Of a DNA stretch of 64,000 nt, positions 1 to 12,644 are shown one piece after another. The notes under the pieces are model-generated. The model was not told the origin of the DNA. It did no database searches and saw only the letters and a program-made list of their open reading frames with translations. This stretch comes from Zootoca vivipara (taxonomy: Eukaryota): contig NC_083291.1 in assembly GCF_963506605.1 (NCBI RefSeq), positions 36,332,001 to 36,396,000 on the forward strand, read 5' to 3'. The position numbers were made by a program, and so were the translations under genes. Position 1 is the first letter of the stretch. Each line of letters opens with the position of its first letter.

Positions 1-280
1 AACTGCCACCATCTTGATTTATTTGCATGTACATCTTGGGTATAAACACATGGATAAACACATTCATCCACCACCTGTACATGTCCACAGATTGCATCCA
101 TATGCACACAATGTAACACCTGGTTGACTAAGTGTTTTATTACCCACAGGGCTTCATGGCGGCAGAAGCCCTGCCTCTCAAATTAAGAGCATTGCTCTGC
201 CTTGATGCCTCACACTGTGTTTTGGCTACTACATTGCCTCAGAGCACAGCCCCTGCCTTTTCCCTGGGGATCCTTTAGAG

Positions 281-416
281 CAGTGGTCCTCAACCTTGGG
301 CATTCAGATGTTTTTGGCCTACAACTCCCATGATCCCCAGCTAGCAGGACCAGTGGTCAGGGATGATGGGAATTGTAGTCTCAAAACATCTGGAGGCCCA
401 AGATTGAGGACCACTG
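281..416. mobile_element. hAT MITE (about 136-bp family)
   Basis: TIRs CAGTGGTCCTCAA/TTGAGGACCACTG; 8-bp TSD CTTTAGAG. Confidence 0.9.
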
Positions 417-965
417 CTTTAGAGAACAAACTGCCTTGGGGGACTGGTTGCTCTAATTTCAATTCAAAAAGATATGAGCAGTCTCTTCTGGTTCTGAGAG
501 GCTGGTGATTCACTCTCATCTTTGGAGAGTTCCATTCAGAATCCAGGCTTGGTGGATTTAGGTGCCTTGAGACCTCCTGGCAAATGGTCCAGGCTCTTGG
601 TAAAAGGTGTGGCTAACAGAGGAATTAAAAGCTTTCCTCTTGGCAACATCCTCACCTAACTTATTATCCTCATGCCAATTGTTCCCTCAGGGGAAGAAAA
701 GCAGGAAAAATACATGAGAGTGTGAACTGTGCAGCATGCCCTCTTGAATATTGCCTTAGAACAGTGTCTGCCTAACTCAGTGTTCCCCATATTTCTGACA
801 CCTGAGGCACACAATTTTTCCAAATGAAAACTGGAAGCATGTGTCCCTCTCAAACCCAAAAGGACCAGAAGGAGATGGGCAGGTTGGACGTCTTATGATT
901 CTGGCACTCAATGGTCTCTACTTTAGGTGTATTTGGATCATTCCATTGCTCCAGATGTAGAGAGA

Positions 966-967
<2 letters not shown>

Positions 968-1017
<50 letters not shown>
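968..1017. repeat. (GT)25 microsatellite
   Basis: Direct reading. Confidence 0.98.
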
Positions 1018-1019
<2 letters not shown>

Positions 1020-2224
1020 CATTTATTGCCATCTCAAAGGATGGTGAGTTGAATGAGACTTCCTGGGAAACTATCGTTATTTTAACAGCATATTATTCAT
1101 GGTACATTGTGTATCACAACACAAAGATACACATGGTGTATCTCAACACAAAGATTGGGAGAGACTGACCCTACTAACCTAGCATGGTTTGCCTGATGAG
1201 GGTAGAGTTCAAATCCATTTCAAATTAGCGTAGGGGGACTTCTAACGTAGGCAAGAATTAGGCCTCAGTTTTTCGTCTTCAAGATGCCGAGTCTATAGCT
1301 CCAGAAGCCATACAGTGCTAACTAGCAGAATGAGGAGCCTACCTTTGCCCAAATGCCTGCCTGAACCTCTCCAGGGCCACCACAAAGTTCTTAAACAGCC
1401 CAGCAAGTTGCAGCAGGCAATGCACCCCACCCAGTGTTGGCAGTTCATCTGGCTTCTAGAACCTCAGCTCTGAGGTCGCCCTGTGATGTCACAGCCTGTC
1501 ACCACTGCCCTTGAAGAGTCAGGCCCAGTCTCTCAATTCTGGGCCAAGATGGTTTTTGCTGCCTAAAGCAGAGCACCAAATAGTGCTTCCACGCCACCCT
1601 GGGATCTTGCTGCATCTTTCAGACACTATTTTCTGCTTTCATCTGCATTCTTCTAAAAGCCTCCATCTGCTTCACCTGATTGCATGATAGAACTGGTGCT
1701 GCAGTCTATAGGTCCTGAAGTACAATTACTACCAGCACTAGAAAACATGGTCAATGGCCAGTGGGACTGTGACCCACTAGCTCTGCTCCTAACCTCTGCA
1801 TCAGCTGGCCTCACTCCCAACCTCCAAACGTGCAGTAGAAGTGGGGAATGGGCTGTATGCTTGGGCAGTTGTACACATGTAGAGCCTGTTCTTATCTTCT
1901 GGTGAATGTACTAAGTCAGGTCAGTGGAAGTGCAGAGGTCAAGAACACAGCCACGAGGCATAATCCTAATCACCCTTCATGTTTTCAGTCTACATGTAAA
2001 TCTAAGGGGGAGAATACACACTTTCTACACTCCCAACCACACAAATCAAAAGTCACCTTGAAGCAGCAGGGGCTGCTGGCTTTGCTATGTCCTTTCTGGA
2101 CCATCAAACACTTAAAGGCACACACAGCATGAATGAATCCCATCCCTGTGGTAGAACTATAAATGAGATAAAATTCCTAAGGAGATAATAGCAACAAGAA
2201 AAAGTTGGGTTAGGAAAAGGCATC

Positions 2225-2268
2225 AAAATGGGTCAAGAATGCAGCGTTCTGCATTCTTGACCCATTTT
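2225..2268. repeat. Perfect 20-bp inverted repeat with 4-nt loop
   Basis: AAAATGGGTCAAGAATGCAG-CGTT-CTGCATTCTTGACCCATTTT. Confidence 0.95.
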
Positions 2269-2872
2269 TTTTGCATGCTCAAAGGAAGCATGTGGAAAAA
2301 ATAGCAATTTGATCCTTTCCTACCTTAGAGGCAGCAAACATGGACATCATTTAGGGAGCTACAAGGAAGACCTCTGTGTGAGTGTTCCTTAGGAACACCT
2401 ACATTTCTATCCAACTCCCTGGTTCTTCATGCTGAGTTCATGATGGCTAGGTTCTGTCTTTGCTGTTGAAGAAGGCAGAATCACTGGTGGAGACATTACC
2501 GTGGCATTCAGTTCCTGCTTGCAGGCTTCCCAGATGCATCTGGTTGGCCACTGCTAAGAACAGGATGCTGGACTACATGGTCCCTTGGTCTGATCTAGCA
2601 GGGTTCTTATGTGGAAGGCCAGACTACCACCAGGCAGAGTGAGGCAGCCGCCTTTGGCAGCAAGGCACTGAGTGGTGGACAGCTGCTGCATTCCCTGTGC
2701 TGGTTTGCGGCCATCTGATGTGGTGGAAGATGTTGTTCCATCACTAACGTTGGCTTGAAGTCATATTCAAATGCCAGAGATAACCATCTTTTCCTTTGCC
2801 TCACCTTGTGTGTGACCTTCGTGAATAACATTTATTTATGAAATATAAAAATATAACAAGTGCTCTTAAGAT

Positions 2873-3052
2873 AAAGGTAAAGGGACCCCTGACCATTAGG
2901 TCCAGTCATGGACAACTCTGGGGTTGCGCTGCTCATCTCGCTTTACTGGCCATGGGCGTCATGTGGCCAGCATGACTAAGCTGCTTCTGGCGAACCAGAG
3001 CAGCACACGGAAATGTCGTTTACCTATTTATCTACTTGCACTTTGACGTGTT
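2873..3052 (-). mobile_element. Sauria SINE, partial and internally deleted
   Basis: AAAGGTAAAGGGACCCCTGACC is the reverse complement of the (ACCTTT)n tail; body matches the other copies. Confidence 0.85.
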
Positions 3053-3825
3053 TTCTTAAATACATCCCAGAGTGGGAGTTTAGGATTTCCATTTTGGGAA
3101 CTCTCCCACCACAGTGTAGCCATATTTAGGGAACAGCCAACACACTTGAGGATGGGGCAAAATTGTCTTCATCTCTGTGCAGGTTCCCTGCAGACATTCT
3201 CTTGAACATGCACCCTTCTGGGGCAGAAACTGCCACCACAATGCTACTGCAGCCTGTGCCATACCTCTAGTTCATTGTGCCTCTAATGGATGCCTCTATA
3301 GGACTACCCAGACTAAATTCTCCCCCTACTGAAAACTGAAATGTCACCCCAGCTGCACCCTTACTAGTTTGACTAGTGAAGGAGAAGAAAATTTGCAATC
3401 AGTACTCCTCCTAGCTGCAAAAGTGGGCTGGAGCCCATCAATTAGACTCATTCATTGGATTCAAAGAATCAACACTGTGGTCAAGACTTAACTATGATTT
3501 GTAAAAGCTTATTGACATATAGCGCTATGGGAGGGCTAGAGATTATTCTTTGCTGCCATCTGCCACCACCCCCATACCTTGTGCCATCTCCTGAGGGCAC
3601 AGCCTCTCCTCGCCACGTACGATTGCCAATTAGTAATAATGAGGAAGGCTGCCCACTGGGACCTAGAGGAAGGCTTAGCAATCACAAGGGCCTAATCACA
3701 TTAAACTGCAATCGAAGGGCAATCAGCACAGCAGCAACAGTCAATGCACAATTTCAGGGCTCATCCTTCTACTAACTTCCCAGAAGCTTTGGGGAGTTGC
3801 GGGGAGCCACACAGGCTGTATAAAG

Positions 3826-3961
3826 CAGGCATCCCCAAACTTCAGCCCTCCAGATGTTTTGGACTACAATTCCCATCTTCCCCGACTACAGGTCCTGTTA
3901 GCTAAGGTTCATGGGAGTTGTAGGCCAAAATATCTGGAGGGCCGCAGTTTGGGGATGCCTG
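3826..3961. mobile_element. hAT MITE (about 136-bp family)
   Basis: TIRs CAGGCATCCCCAAAC/GTTTGGGGATGCCTG; TSD GTATAAAG. Confidence 0.92.
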
Positions 3962-5599
3962 GTATAAAGAAACAATACACAAGAGCACAAAGCATCCCAT
4001 TGCTGGACGAGACCATCTTCTAGCCCACCGTTACATTTCCGAAAGGGCCATCCAGATATTTCTGGGGTTGGACTAGATGACCCTCACGGTCCTTTCCCAA
4101 CTCTAATTCTATTTTTCTAAGGCACATGTGCAATGGCCACTCCCTGCTATTACTCCCCTGTACTCCGTGGTAGGGTTTCTGAACATGGAAATATTCTGTT
4201 CTATTATATCTATCTATACAGTCTATCCTCTGTACATCATGCTATCTATTCTAGCCCTTAAGTGAACTGCACATTGTGTGGAGGTTTATTTCATTATTCT
4301 CAGTCCTGAAGAACCTCTCAGCCATCAGTTTCATTGGGTGATTCCCAGAGAAAAACAGCAAAATGTCCCTCTCTTCCTTTGCAATAGCAACCAAGCAGGT
4401 GCAGAATTCTTGGATCACCGCAGGATTTCTAGGTTAGAGATGGTGAAGGTTAGAACTCTTTTGATAACCTACTGGACTTCCCTGTCCAGCCACCACCCAC
4501 ACTTAATGGCAGGCATGGCACTTGCGTGGCACAAAGCAGCCACCGGTGCCAGTGCTGTTATCTTTCATTACAGCGTGTCTGTTTTTAAAAGGGAGAGATT
4601 GGCTCCTCAGTGTTGGGGTGGCCTCAAGCAGTGCCCAGCCACACTAATCACACCTTGGGCCCTTTACCACTACCCTGCAAGCAATGGTGAGCTGGAAATG
4701 CTGGACTAGCTGCAGCCCTTACCTGCCAGACCAGTTGGCACCTTTGTCCCTCTGGAATTGCTTTTAAGCTCCACAATTGTGTCACAAAGACAAAAGCTTC
4801 AGCAGGGAAAACCCAAAGTGATAAGCAGTGGCCTGAAATGACCCCCACCTCACCCCTGTTAGGACAGCAGGGAGGACAGCAGTGGATCTGAGTGTGGAGA
4901 TGCTTTTGGACTGGCTGGAAGGGCTGCAGACGCTGCAAGTCAATTCCAAGGGGGATGTGGAAAGCAGAGAGCTTTTCAAGGGCCTCTCTGTGGACTGGTT
5001 GGTTCCTGCTGTTCCAAGGGATTTGCCTTGACAATAGAAAGTTATGATTGCTGGAACCTTATCCCAGGTGATGGGTTCAGGGCGGGCTGCCACCCACAGA
5101 GTGTTGTCAAGGAAGGCATCAATTCAACACACTCACAGAGCAATTGGCATACCTCGGGAAGTCAAGGTGTGCACACCACTCCAAGAGACCTGCAAAACTC
5201 TTGTAAACATAAACACACACATACTCACAAGTGCATCGCAGGGAACTGTAACAAAGCAATGCAACAACCCTCCACATGCAGACATATGTGTCCATTCAGC
5301 AGCATTTTCACAGAGCATCTAGGCACATTTATAACCTGCACAAATAACTTTTAAAGTAACTCCACTGCACAAATTCACATTCCAGACTGCACATATACCC
5401 AGAGTTCCAGTATCCTTCCACTCCACATGCCTTGCCTGGCCTGGCCCCATTCCCTTGATGTGAACATCCCTTCTCTTCCCTACCCCACCCCCCACTCCCT
5501 CCTGCTCCTAGCCATCTCCATCCTGGGAGGGGGTGCTCCAGGCCAAGGGGTGGGAGGCGACAAGGCAAAGCCGCACCCTCCACACGTAAGACAGACAAC

Positions 5600-5640
5600 C
5601 GGGGGGGGGGGGAGGTGACGTCAGAACTGGCTTAAAAGTT
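5600..5640 (+). promoter_or_regulatory. PROP1 proximal promoter: G-run, full CRE (TGACGTCA 5616-5623), TATA-like TTAAAA (5632-5637)
   Basis: Motifs read directly 35-60 nt upstream of the PROP1 ATG. Confidence 0.5.
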
Positions 5641-5672
5641 TGGTGGGGGGGACACAGCAAGGATCAAAGGAG

Positions 5673-5751
5673 ATGGAGGGTGGACGAACAGGGAAAAGGA
5701 AGAGCGCAGGGCTCACAGATGTATACCCCGAGACTGTCAGCTCCACAGCTG
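5673..5751 (+). CDS. PROP1: PROP1 exon 1 (MEGGRTGKRKSAGLTDVYPETVSSTA)
   Basis: ATG in GAGATGG context; donor G|GTGAGT at 5751/5752; phase 1 fits the exon 2 acceptor (G|AT = Asp). Confidence 0.8.
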
Positions 5752-6419
5752 GTGAGTTTGGGGAAGCTTTGGTCTACAGACATGAGGAGGGGCACAGGGA
5801 GGCCATCTAGACCAAAGATGGTCCAGATGCTACGGAACATATGGGCGGAGGAAAAGCTGCATGTGAGAATGTGCCACTACCACACCAAGGGTTGTGCAGA
5901 GGGGGACTTGCACAGCTCTGAGCAGGATTGGACTTGAAAACTGTGTGGGAAGAAGTCTACAAAAGCCTTCAGGAAATATTTGCAGGGCTTCCTTTCTAGA
6001 GCTTTTTATTAAAACCAAAAACCAGGGTCAAGCAGGTCTAGGGTGATCATTGTTTTTGTATGTTGTTTCTGTATTAAATGGGAAGTGATATTTTTGTGGC
6101 TTTTCTTCTTCTTACACGATTGTTGAGCTTTGGAGGAAAGATGGACAGTGACATGGGAATATTCCAGGGCGGTATGTCTCTAGCTCTTCTCCTGCTGACC
6201 TATGCATTGAGCATCTATCCTTATTTGCTTATGTGTTAGATTATATCCAGTCTCTATTGAGAATTCATTATTTGTAGGCCGGTTACATGGCAATGAGCAT
6301 TCATCCTGATTTGCTTGCAAAGTTTTTATATCTCTTCCCATTCATCATTTGTACATTCCACACTTCTCAGTGCATCTCCCTGTTCTTTTCCTAATCACAG
6401 AAAATCCATCTCTTTCTTA

Positions 6420-6590
6420 CTTTATTATATTTATATGCCCCCTATTCCTCCAAGGAGCTCAATGTGGTTTTCAGAGTTCTCCTGCTCCCAGTTTTCTCCT
6501 CACAACAATCCTGCAAAGTAGGTTAGGCTGAGGGACAGTGACTGGCCTAAGATCAGCCAGTAAGCTTGTGGCTGGGTAGGGATGTGAACC
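6420..6590 (-). mobile_element. Degenerate Squam3/MIR-like SINE
   Basis: cctcacaacaatcctg...gtgactggcctaagatcagccag, reverse of the CORE SINE body. Confidence 0.65.
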
Positions 6591-6950
6591 AACAGGTACA
6601 CTACATTGACTTTATTAAAGTGGTCGTTGTGCTAGAATGGAGCACTTTAATCACTTTTAATTGTAAACCTAAATTTCTCAGTATGCGCTTGAACCCCTTC
6701 CACAGAATACTGACAGTCTGGAGACACTTTGAGGTTGGGGTTTGGTAGGAGAGAATATCAGGAGAGCTTATTTGAATACTGTCTCTGGCTTTCAGAACTA
6801 TCTTCTGTGCTCATCACAACACTAATCACAAACTTAATTCTGATCCGAGACCAAATTCCATGAAACCACCAGCAGATGGTGCCTCCTGGCCTTTTTGCAA
6901 CCCCAAATCAACCCCAAATTTGTGATGGAAGCGGAAAGCAATGTAACTGT

Positions 6951-7118
6951 GGTTGCATGCACACCATACATTTCAAAGCACATGACTCCTTTAAAAGGAA
7001 TCCTGGGAACTGGAGTTTGTTAAGGGTGCTGGGAATCATAGTTCTGTGAGAGGTAAGCTACCGTTCTCAAGATGCTTTGAGGAAAGTCATGTGCTTTAAA
7101 TGTATGCTGCATGTGCAG
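6951..7118. mobile_element. Old palindromic MITE
   Basis: Degenerate inverted arms (catacatttcaaagcacatgact / agtcatgtgctttaaatgtatg). Confidence 0.6.
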
Positions 7119-8003
7119 TTTCGGTCCCTTGGTTTCCTGGAAGGGGCAACCCTTCCATGCATAGTCAAGGAACCATCTGTCCTAGTTCCAGATCTTGTTC
7201 AGTGTGATTTTAGCCAGGAGGTCTTTTAGGAGGGGAAGAGTTGCCACAGTCTCCACAAAAGCAGAAAAATTGTCCCAAGGAAAGAGCAAACTCATTTTCC
7301 ACATGACAGCCTCTAAGGAGCTGTAGAAGATTGCTGAGTAGCAGGAGACTGAAACAGGCTGGAGGGGGGCTTGTAATCCCTTGGGGGCAGCCTCTCCCCA
7401 AACACTCGGATGCAAAGACATTAATGAGAAAGCTGTTTGGGCTCAGATCCCTGGGGACTCAAATTCCTCTATGCTGGGGTCCCAAATTAATTAGCTTTTC
7501 AGGTGAGCCTATTGTGCTCCCCTCACTCTCACGATCTCGGGTTCTCCCAGGGAGTGGGGGCTGGAGAATCATGTTCCCCACGGTTAATCCTAGGGATTGC
7601 AGGAAGGAATTGGGGAAAGGGTGTGGGGAAATAATGTTACCATTCCGGCACTTCATTATCAGTACAAGAGGTAAAGGTTCACAACACCTGATGCTGCCAG
7701 GTGCGGCTTCTGAAAAATTATTTGAAACGCTCACAGAACTTACAAAGCAGGAGAAGAGACAGTTGCAACACAGCTTTTTGCAGCTAGCTGAAGCAATATC
7801 CAAGTGGTTCTAAGAAATATAAGGTCTGCTTGCTGACACCCACCAGGATCACATACCGGGGTTGGCTCAAGCTACAGTATTCTGTCCTGAGCCAAAAATA
7901 ACAATTTAAAAAATCATTCTACAGGGTGGGAAGTGTGGGGAGCCCCCACAAAATGCAGGAGGAAGAGGGCTCCCTTTCAAGGGTCGTCCCATTTCCAGCT
8001 CTT

Positions 8004-8142
8004 TCATAGAATCATGGAACTGTAGAGTTGGAAGGGATCCCGAGGGTCATCTAGTCCAACACCCTGCAATGCAGGAATATGCAGGTGGCCCGTATGGGGA
8101 TCAAACCTTGATGTTCTCAGCACCACACTCTAACCAGCTGAG
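8004..8142 (-). mobile_element. tRNA-head SINE with CR1-type tail
   Basis: Minus strand GCTCAGCTGGTTAGAG head, then ggactagatgaccctc...ccttccaactc...attctatg; related remnant at about 62532-62650. Confidence 0.7.
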
Positions 8143-8476
8143 CAGAAGTATGTAAGGTCCAAACTACACGGGGCATGCAAACATGCATAAATGGAACCCC
8201 CAAGAGCATTCCCAAAAGGAAAAGCCGCTTTGGGAGGGAATGATCCAGAGTAAAGAAGCAAGACCAAACAGACCTCACAGCTGCAGAGTTCTTCTTGTAG
8301 CAATGTCACATTAAGAGGAGTAAATGTAGGCAGAGGGGAAGGTGGGGGTGAGGGTGGGGTAAAGGAATAGGGGTTGGAATGTGTTCAGTCCTGAGGGGCG
8401 CTGGCAAAGTTTTGGATAAAGGTGACTTGTAGGTCAAGACAGAGAGATGCCAGTGGATCCTCTTCTTGCCTTCCAG

Positions 8477-8715
8477 ATGTGGAAGTTCCCCTCTACAAGA
8501 AGTTCCCCCATGTACCAGAACTGGCTGGGGTCTCTCCGGCTGCACCTTCCTCCCTTCACACAGCTGCCACCCCTACCAGGAGACGTCACCGAACTACCTT
8601 CAGCCAGGACCAGCTAGATCACCTGGAGGCAACTTTTGCAAAAAACCATTACCCTGATATTTACTGCCGAGAGGAGCTGGCCAGGGCTATCAAACTCAAT
8701 GAGGCTCGCATCCAG
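8477..8715 (+). CDS. PROP1: PROP1 exon 2 (homeodomain up to ...EARIQ)
   Basis: Acceptor cttcttgccttccag|; encodes RRRHRTTF...EARIQ; donor CAG|GTACC at the canonical paired-like homeobox intron position. Confidence 0.95.
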
Positions 8716-9710
8716 GTACCTGCTCAGTACTTAATGGCCCCAAGAACATATGGGCACTGCCATATTGGATGTGTTGAAAGCAGCCTGCAAGGGGCCTTTT
8801 GGAAACTGGGTCTCCAAGGCACTTACGTTCTGTGCCTTTCTACAACCATGGGACAAAGAAAGTGTGCTTTTTAAAGTCACATTTAGAACTACTTTTCCCC
8901 TTTGGTGTTTTTCATTCTAAGTTAACTGTTTTCCTAATAGTGAGGCAGTATTTTACTAACTGCATTAATGGGTGTATGAACTTGAAGCTCTGAGTTTATG
9001 TAAACTTAAACAGTTCTGTTACATGTATTTCTTTATAAAAAATATTTATAGACCACTAATTTATATTAAAAAATCAGAGTGCTTCACGACAGTTGTACAT
9101 AAAAATACATACAACAAAACCCACAGAAAATAGTTAAAATCAGAAACGAGGTAACTATTGTGGAAAGATGCATTCTTAATTGCCTGAAGGAATGGAAAAG
9201 TTTTCAGCAGGCATTTAAAAGTTGAAACAGAAGGCGCAGGGCCAGACCAATGTTACTGGTTACATGTTGTTGTAACATAGATTCTATACGAGAAACTGAG
9301 GCATCCCCCTCCCAATACCTACTACTTTTAATTTCAACAACAACCAAAAATATTAACCAGAGAACCAGCTGAGTGTGCAAAGTCCAGAAAGCTGCTAAGA
9401 ATCTGCTTGGGCCCACAATTCCAATCTGCCGATACCTATGTATAAATGTGCATCGTTCCCCTTTTGCCTATTGTTTTGAAAGTATAACGAGTCCATCCCA
9501 AACACACTGCACAAGCTTATCTCATAATTTCCTGCTTCTGGCAGATGTTTACCTTCTGCTGATGTTCCATAACGTTCTTGGTTTTCCAAAGGCTTGCACT
9601 GACAAGTTATGAATTTTCAGGAATAATTCTATTCTAAACATCATTGCCGAGATGCCTTGCCCATGGAATACGATTCACAATATGCATTCTCTCTCTCCTT
9701 GTGCTGACAG

Positions 9711-10064
9711 GTTTGGTTCCAGAACCGGCGAGCCAAGCAGCGAAAGCAGGAACGAGCGCTGCCCAAACCAGGCCCCCCTGGTATCCTCTGCCCCCTGCCT
9801 ACACCCCCACCTCGGCAGTACCAATACCCCCCCACTCTTGGGTCACATCATCACCTGCCTCGCTTTCCCTCCACCTACGCTCTGCCACCCCCACCTCCCC
9901 CTGCTACTTCTGCCCAGTTTTCCTGTCCTGCCCCCCACCACCCTCAACCCTCCCATGCTCACGAAGACTGGTACAGCCCTCTGCGCTCCATTGGCTCCCC
10001 CACAGCTGCTCCGCCACCTCCTGTGCTCTCTCTGAGTCTCGACCCCAGCACCCACTGGAACTAA
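9711..10064 (+). CDS. PROP1: PROP1 exon 3 (VWFQNRRAK..., Pro-rich tail, stop TAA)
   Basis: Acceptor ctctctccttgtgctgacag|; open frame to TAA 10062-10064, ending DPSTHWN*. Confidence 0.95.
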   Translation, partial: VWFQNRRAKQRKQERALPKPGPPGILCPLPTPPPRQYQYPPTLGSHHHLPRFPSTYALPPPPPPATSAQFSCPAPHHPQPSHAHEDWYSPLRSIGSPTAAPPPPVLSLSLDPSTHWN

Positions 10065-10586
10065 GAGCTACTTCTCTGCAGCAGATTGACAAGGGGCAGG
10101 AACACAGGGCAGGGGAAATTATCATAAAGATACCCAAAGATGTGCACCATTGTCTTGCTTATTCTGCTGGTAGTGGCTTCCATTAAGCAATTGGGCTGCA
10201 TGGGTCTGACTGTTCCGGTGATAAACAACAACTGGTCTGGGGGAAGAGCATCTGGGGAAGATGACACCCCCTACACATGGTACATATACATATACATATA
10301 CATGTACATGTACATATACACACACACCACTGCCAAACAGTGATATGCAGGGTATCTGAAGAACAAACTCAGTGTAACACCCTGTTTAAGCCACGTCAAC
10401 GTATCTGCTGAAGAAACCCTGCCCCTTTGCTACAAAACGCCTGTGCTTCTCAAAGTCTTCTCGAATGGAGAGAGAGCACTTGGTCCATGTAAGGTGCTGC
10501 CCGGGCCAGTCGGGCCTAACCTTCACATGAACAACTTAAGAGAGCAACCTAGAACCCCAAACTTCTCAGTACCTGCAATTTGAAAG

Positions 10587-11199
10587 TAGGGTGACCCTTT
10601 TCGCATTGCCAAAAAAGAGAATTTGCAGCACCAAAAAAAGAGGGCACTGGTTTGCATAAAATTTGCATATGGTAATTTATATGTATAGACACAAATCTAG
10701 AAGTAATTATTATAATTTAAATAAAATTATAAAACAACTCACCATAGTGGAGAAGATGCCAGGCAGCAGGTGCTACTAAATGTTGATGGGCAGCTTCAAG
10801 GTCCTTCTAGCTCTCCTTGTACAGTGGTGCCTCGCTAGATGAATTTAATTCGTTCCACAGGTCTTTTCTTATAACGAAAAATTTGTCTAGCGAATCCCAT
10901 AGGAATGCATTGAATTATTTTTTATTTATTTTTTTTGCCCATAGGAACGCATTAATTGAATTTCAATGCATTCCTATGGGAAACCGCGATTTGCTAGACG
11001 AATTTTTCATAAAATGAATTCGTCTAGCGAGGCAACCTCTGCTCGGAAAATCCTTTCGTTAAGCGGAAATTTCGTTAGGCAGGGCATTCGTTAAGCGAGG
11101 CACCACTGTAGCTCCTTTTTTAATTCGATTTGAATTGGACAACCCTCAAACAGCTTCAGTTAAAGGACTGTCCTTTTCAAAGGACATGTGGCTACCCTA
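10587..11199. mobile_element. Old hAT (Blackjack-like) non-autonomous element hosting a nested MITE
   Basis: Ends TAGGGTGACC...GGCTACCCTA; TSD not preserved. Confidence 0.55.
10822..11108. mobile_element. Tc1/mariner (Tigger-like) MITE
   Basis: TIRs CAGTGGTGCCTCGCT/AGCGAGGCACCACTG with TA TSD; near-identical to 20867-21116. Confidence 0.9.
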
Positions 11200-11971
11200 A
11201 CTGCAGGGGAAGATCAGCAATGGTGAGCAAACTGCCTTTGAGAAAGCCCTGATAAACTGCTGAACACTGGAGGTTTCCATTAGAGAGAGACATGCATATC
11301 TGAGCAGAATGAAAAATTGAACTGTTCTATTTTAATTTGTTCTGAAATAAATTGATAGATATGAACTTGTATTAATAGAGCACCAGGAACAGACTCCAGA
11401 ATCAGTTCAAACAAATAGCAGAACTATGAAGACAAATGTGAATACCTAAACAAATGTAACTGCAACAGACGAAGAGACAGACAAAAGTTACTTGTACAAA
11501 TCAATAATTAATGAGATCTTAAATAACAAAATGAATGACATTAGGAAATTGGTGGGTGTTGGAGATCTTGCAAATCCCTGTTCCCAAAAATGCAGTCTGA
11601 AAACCATGGCTTTATGCTCTTGGAGGACAGATATAGCCCAAGAGATTCCTCACAAGTTCATCAAATATTTGCACCATTGTCTGTTTTTGTGTAATTTCAG
11701 GGATGCTATTCAAACCAGGGGGAAAAAACACATTTTAAAAAGGTACATAAAATTTTAATACACCACTGCCACAATTAATCCCATCTAAAAATTTCAGCTC
11801 ACCCATCAGAAGATCTTACACAGCAGCTGCTGGATGAAGCTTAGATAGTCCACCTCGGCTATCACACAAAATGCCTGTACAGTATATTTTCATATACCCG
11901 TTATGCCTTTTAAAACAGTTTAAGTTAATAGGCCTGCTATTTTTCCGCTTCAGCCTCTCTTTCATTACACC

Positions 11972-11988
11972 CAGGGTGAATAAAAATC

Positions 11989-12040
<52 letters not shown>

Positions 12041-12644
12041 TTTTTTTATTTAAATCAGATTTCTTTTTAAAAAAAATAATAATCAGATTTTTAAAATAAA
12101 ATGCTTTTGGAGGGAAAATATTTCTAAAGATAGTTTGTTATTTAAGTTACGTTATAGCCCAAAGGCTATTCATCAGGAAATAAGGATTTGTTTTCAGTTT
12201 TTCATGTGTGCTAAAACTAAGTCTAAGGTGTTTTGTTTTTATCGTTTAACCACATCAGTTAACAAACATGGATACATATGCTATGTTAGTGTTTTAGTTA
12301 AATAAATTGTTATTAAGGAAAGGATTTTTTTCCTTCCGATAAAGTACAGCAGAAAAGTAGTCCAAATATAAACAGTAAACTCATTAAACTTCACAATAAT
12401 TTCATAATTATCTGTCAATGTATTTCTAATAGTATAACCAAATCAGCAATTTTTGATATAACTGTAAAAACTACTCTGAAAATTTATTATTCCAAAAATG
12501 AATCTTCATCTGGTAGTAAATATTAAGATTATACCGGCCAGAATGAGTCTTTCTGTAAAAAAATATATGATTTAAATCAAGTCTTACTGACTAGTGATTT
12601 AAATCGTGATTTAAATCAATTTGATTTAAATCAAATCCACCCTG
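11972..12644. mobile_element. hAT non-autonomous element
   Basis: TIRs CAGGGTG.../...CACCCTG, subterminal GATTTAAATC repeats, perfect 8-bp TSD ATTACACC; contains (AT)n. Confidence 0.9.
11992..12036. repeat. (TA)n microsatellite
   Basis: Direct reading; inside the hAT element. Confidence 0.97.

Larger units (their letters stand above)
5673..10064 (+). other. PROP1: PROP1 gene, coding span (3 exons: 5673-5751, 8477-8715, 9711-10064)
   Basis: The spliced product MEGGRTGKRK...[46 protein letters not shown]|VWFQNRRAKQRKQER...HEDWYSPL...LSLSLDPSTHWN* has a Q50 paired-like homeodomain, plus the EDWY and LSL...WN* C-terminal motifs recalled from PROP1. Introns are GT-AG with consistent phases (1, 0). 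Confidence 0.93.

Noticed and set aside
9644-10186. 180-aa and 127-aa ORFs over PROP1 exon 3
   Set aside because: Alternative frames of a C-rich exon; the real frame starts at 9711.
10343-10420. Second GGTATCTGAAGAA hammerhead-like start
   Set aside because: No stem II, GAAA or closing stem I follows.
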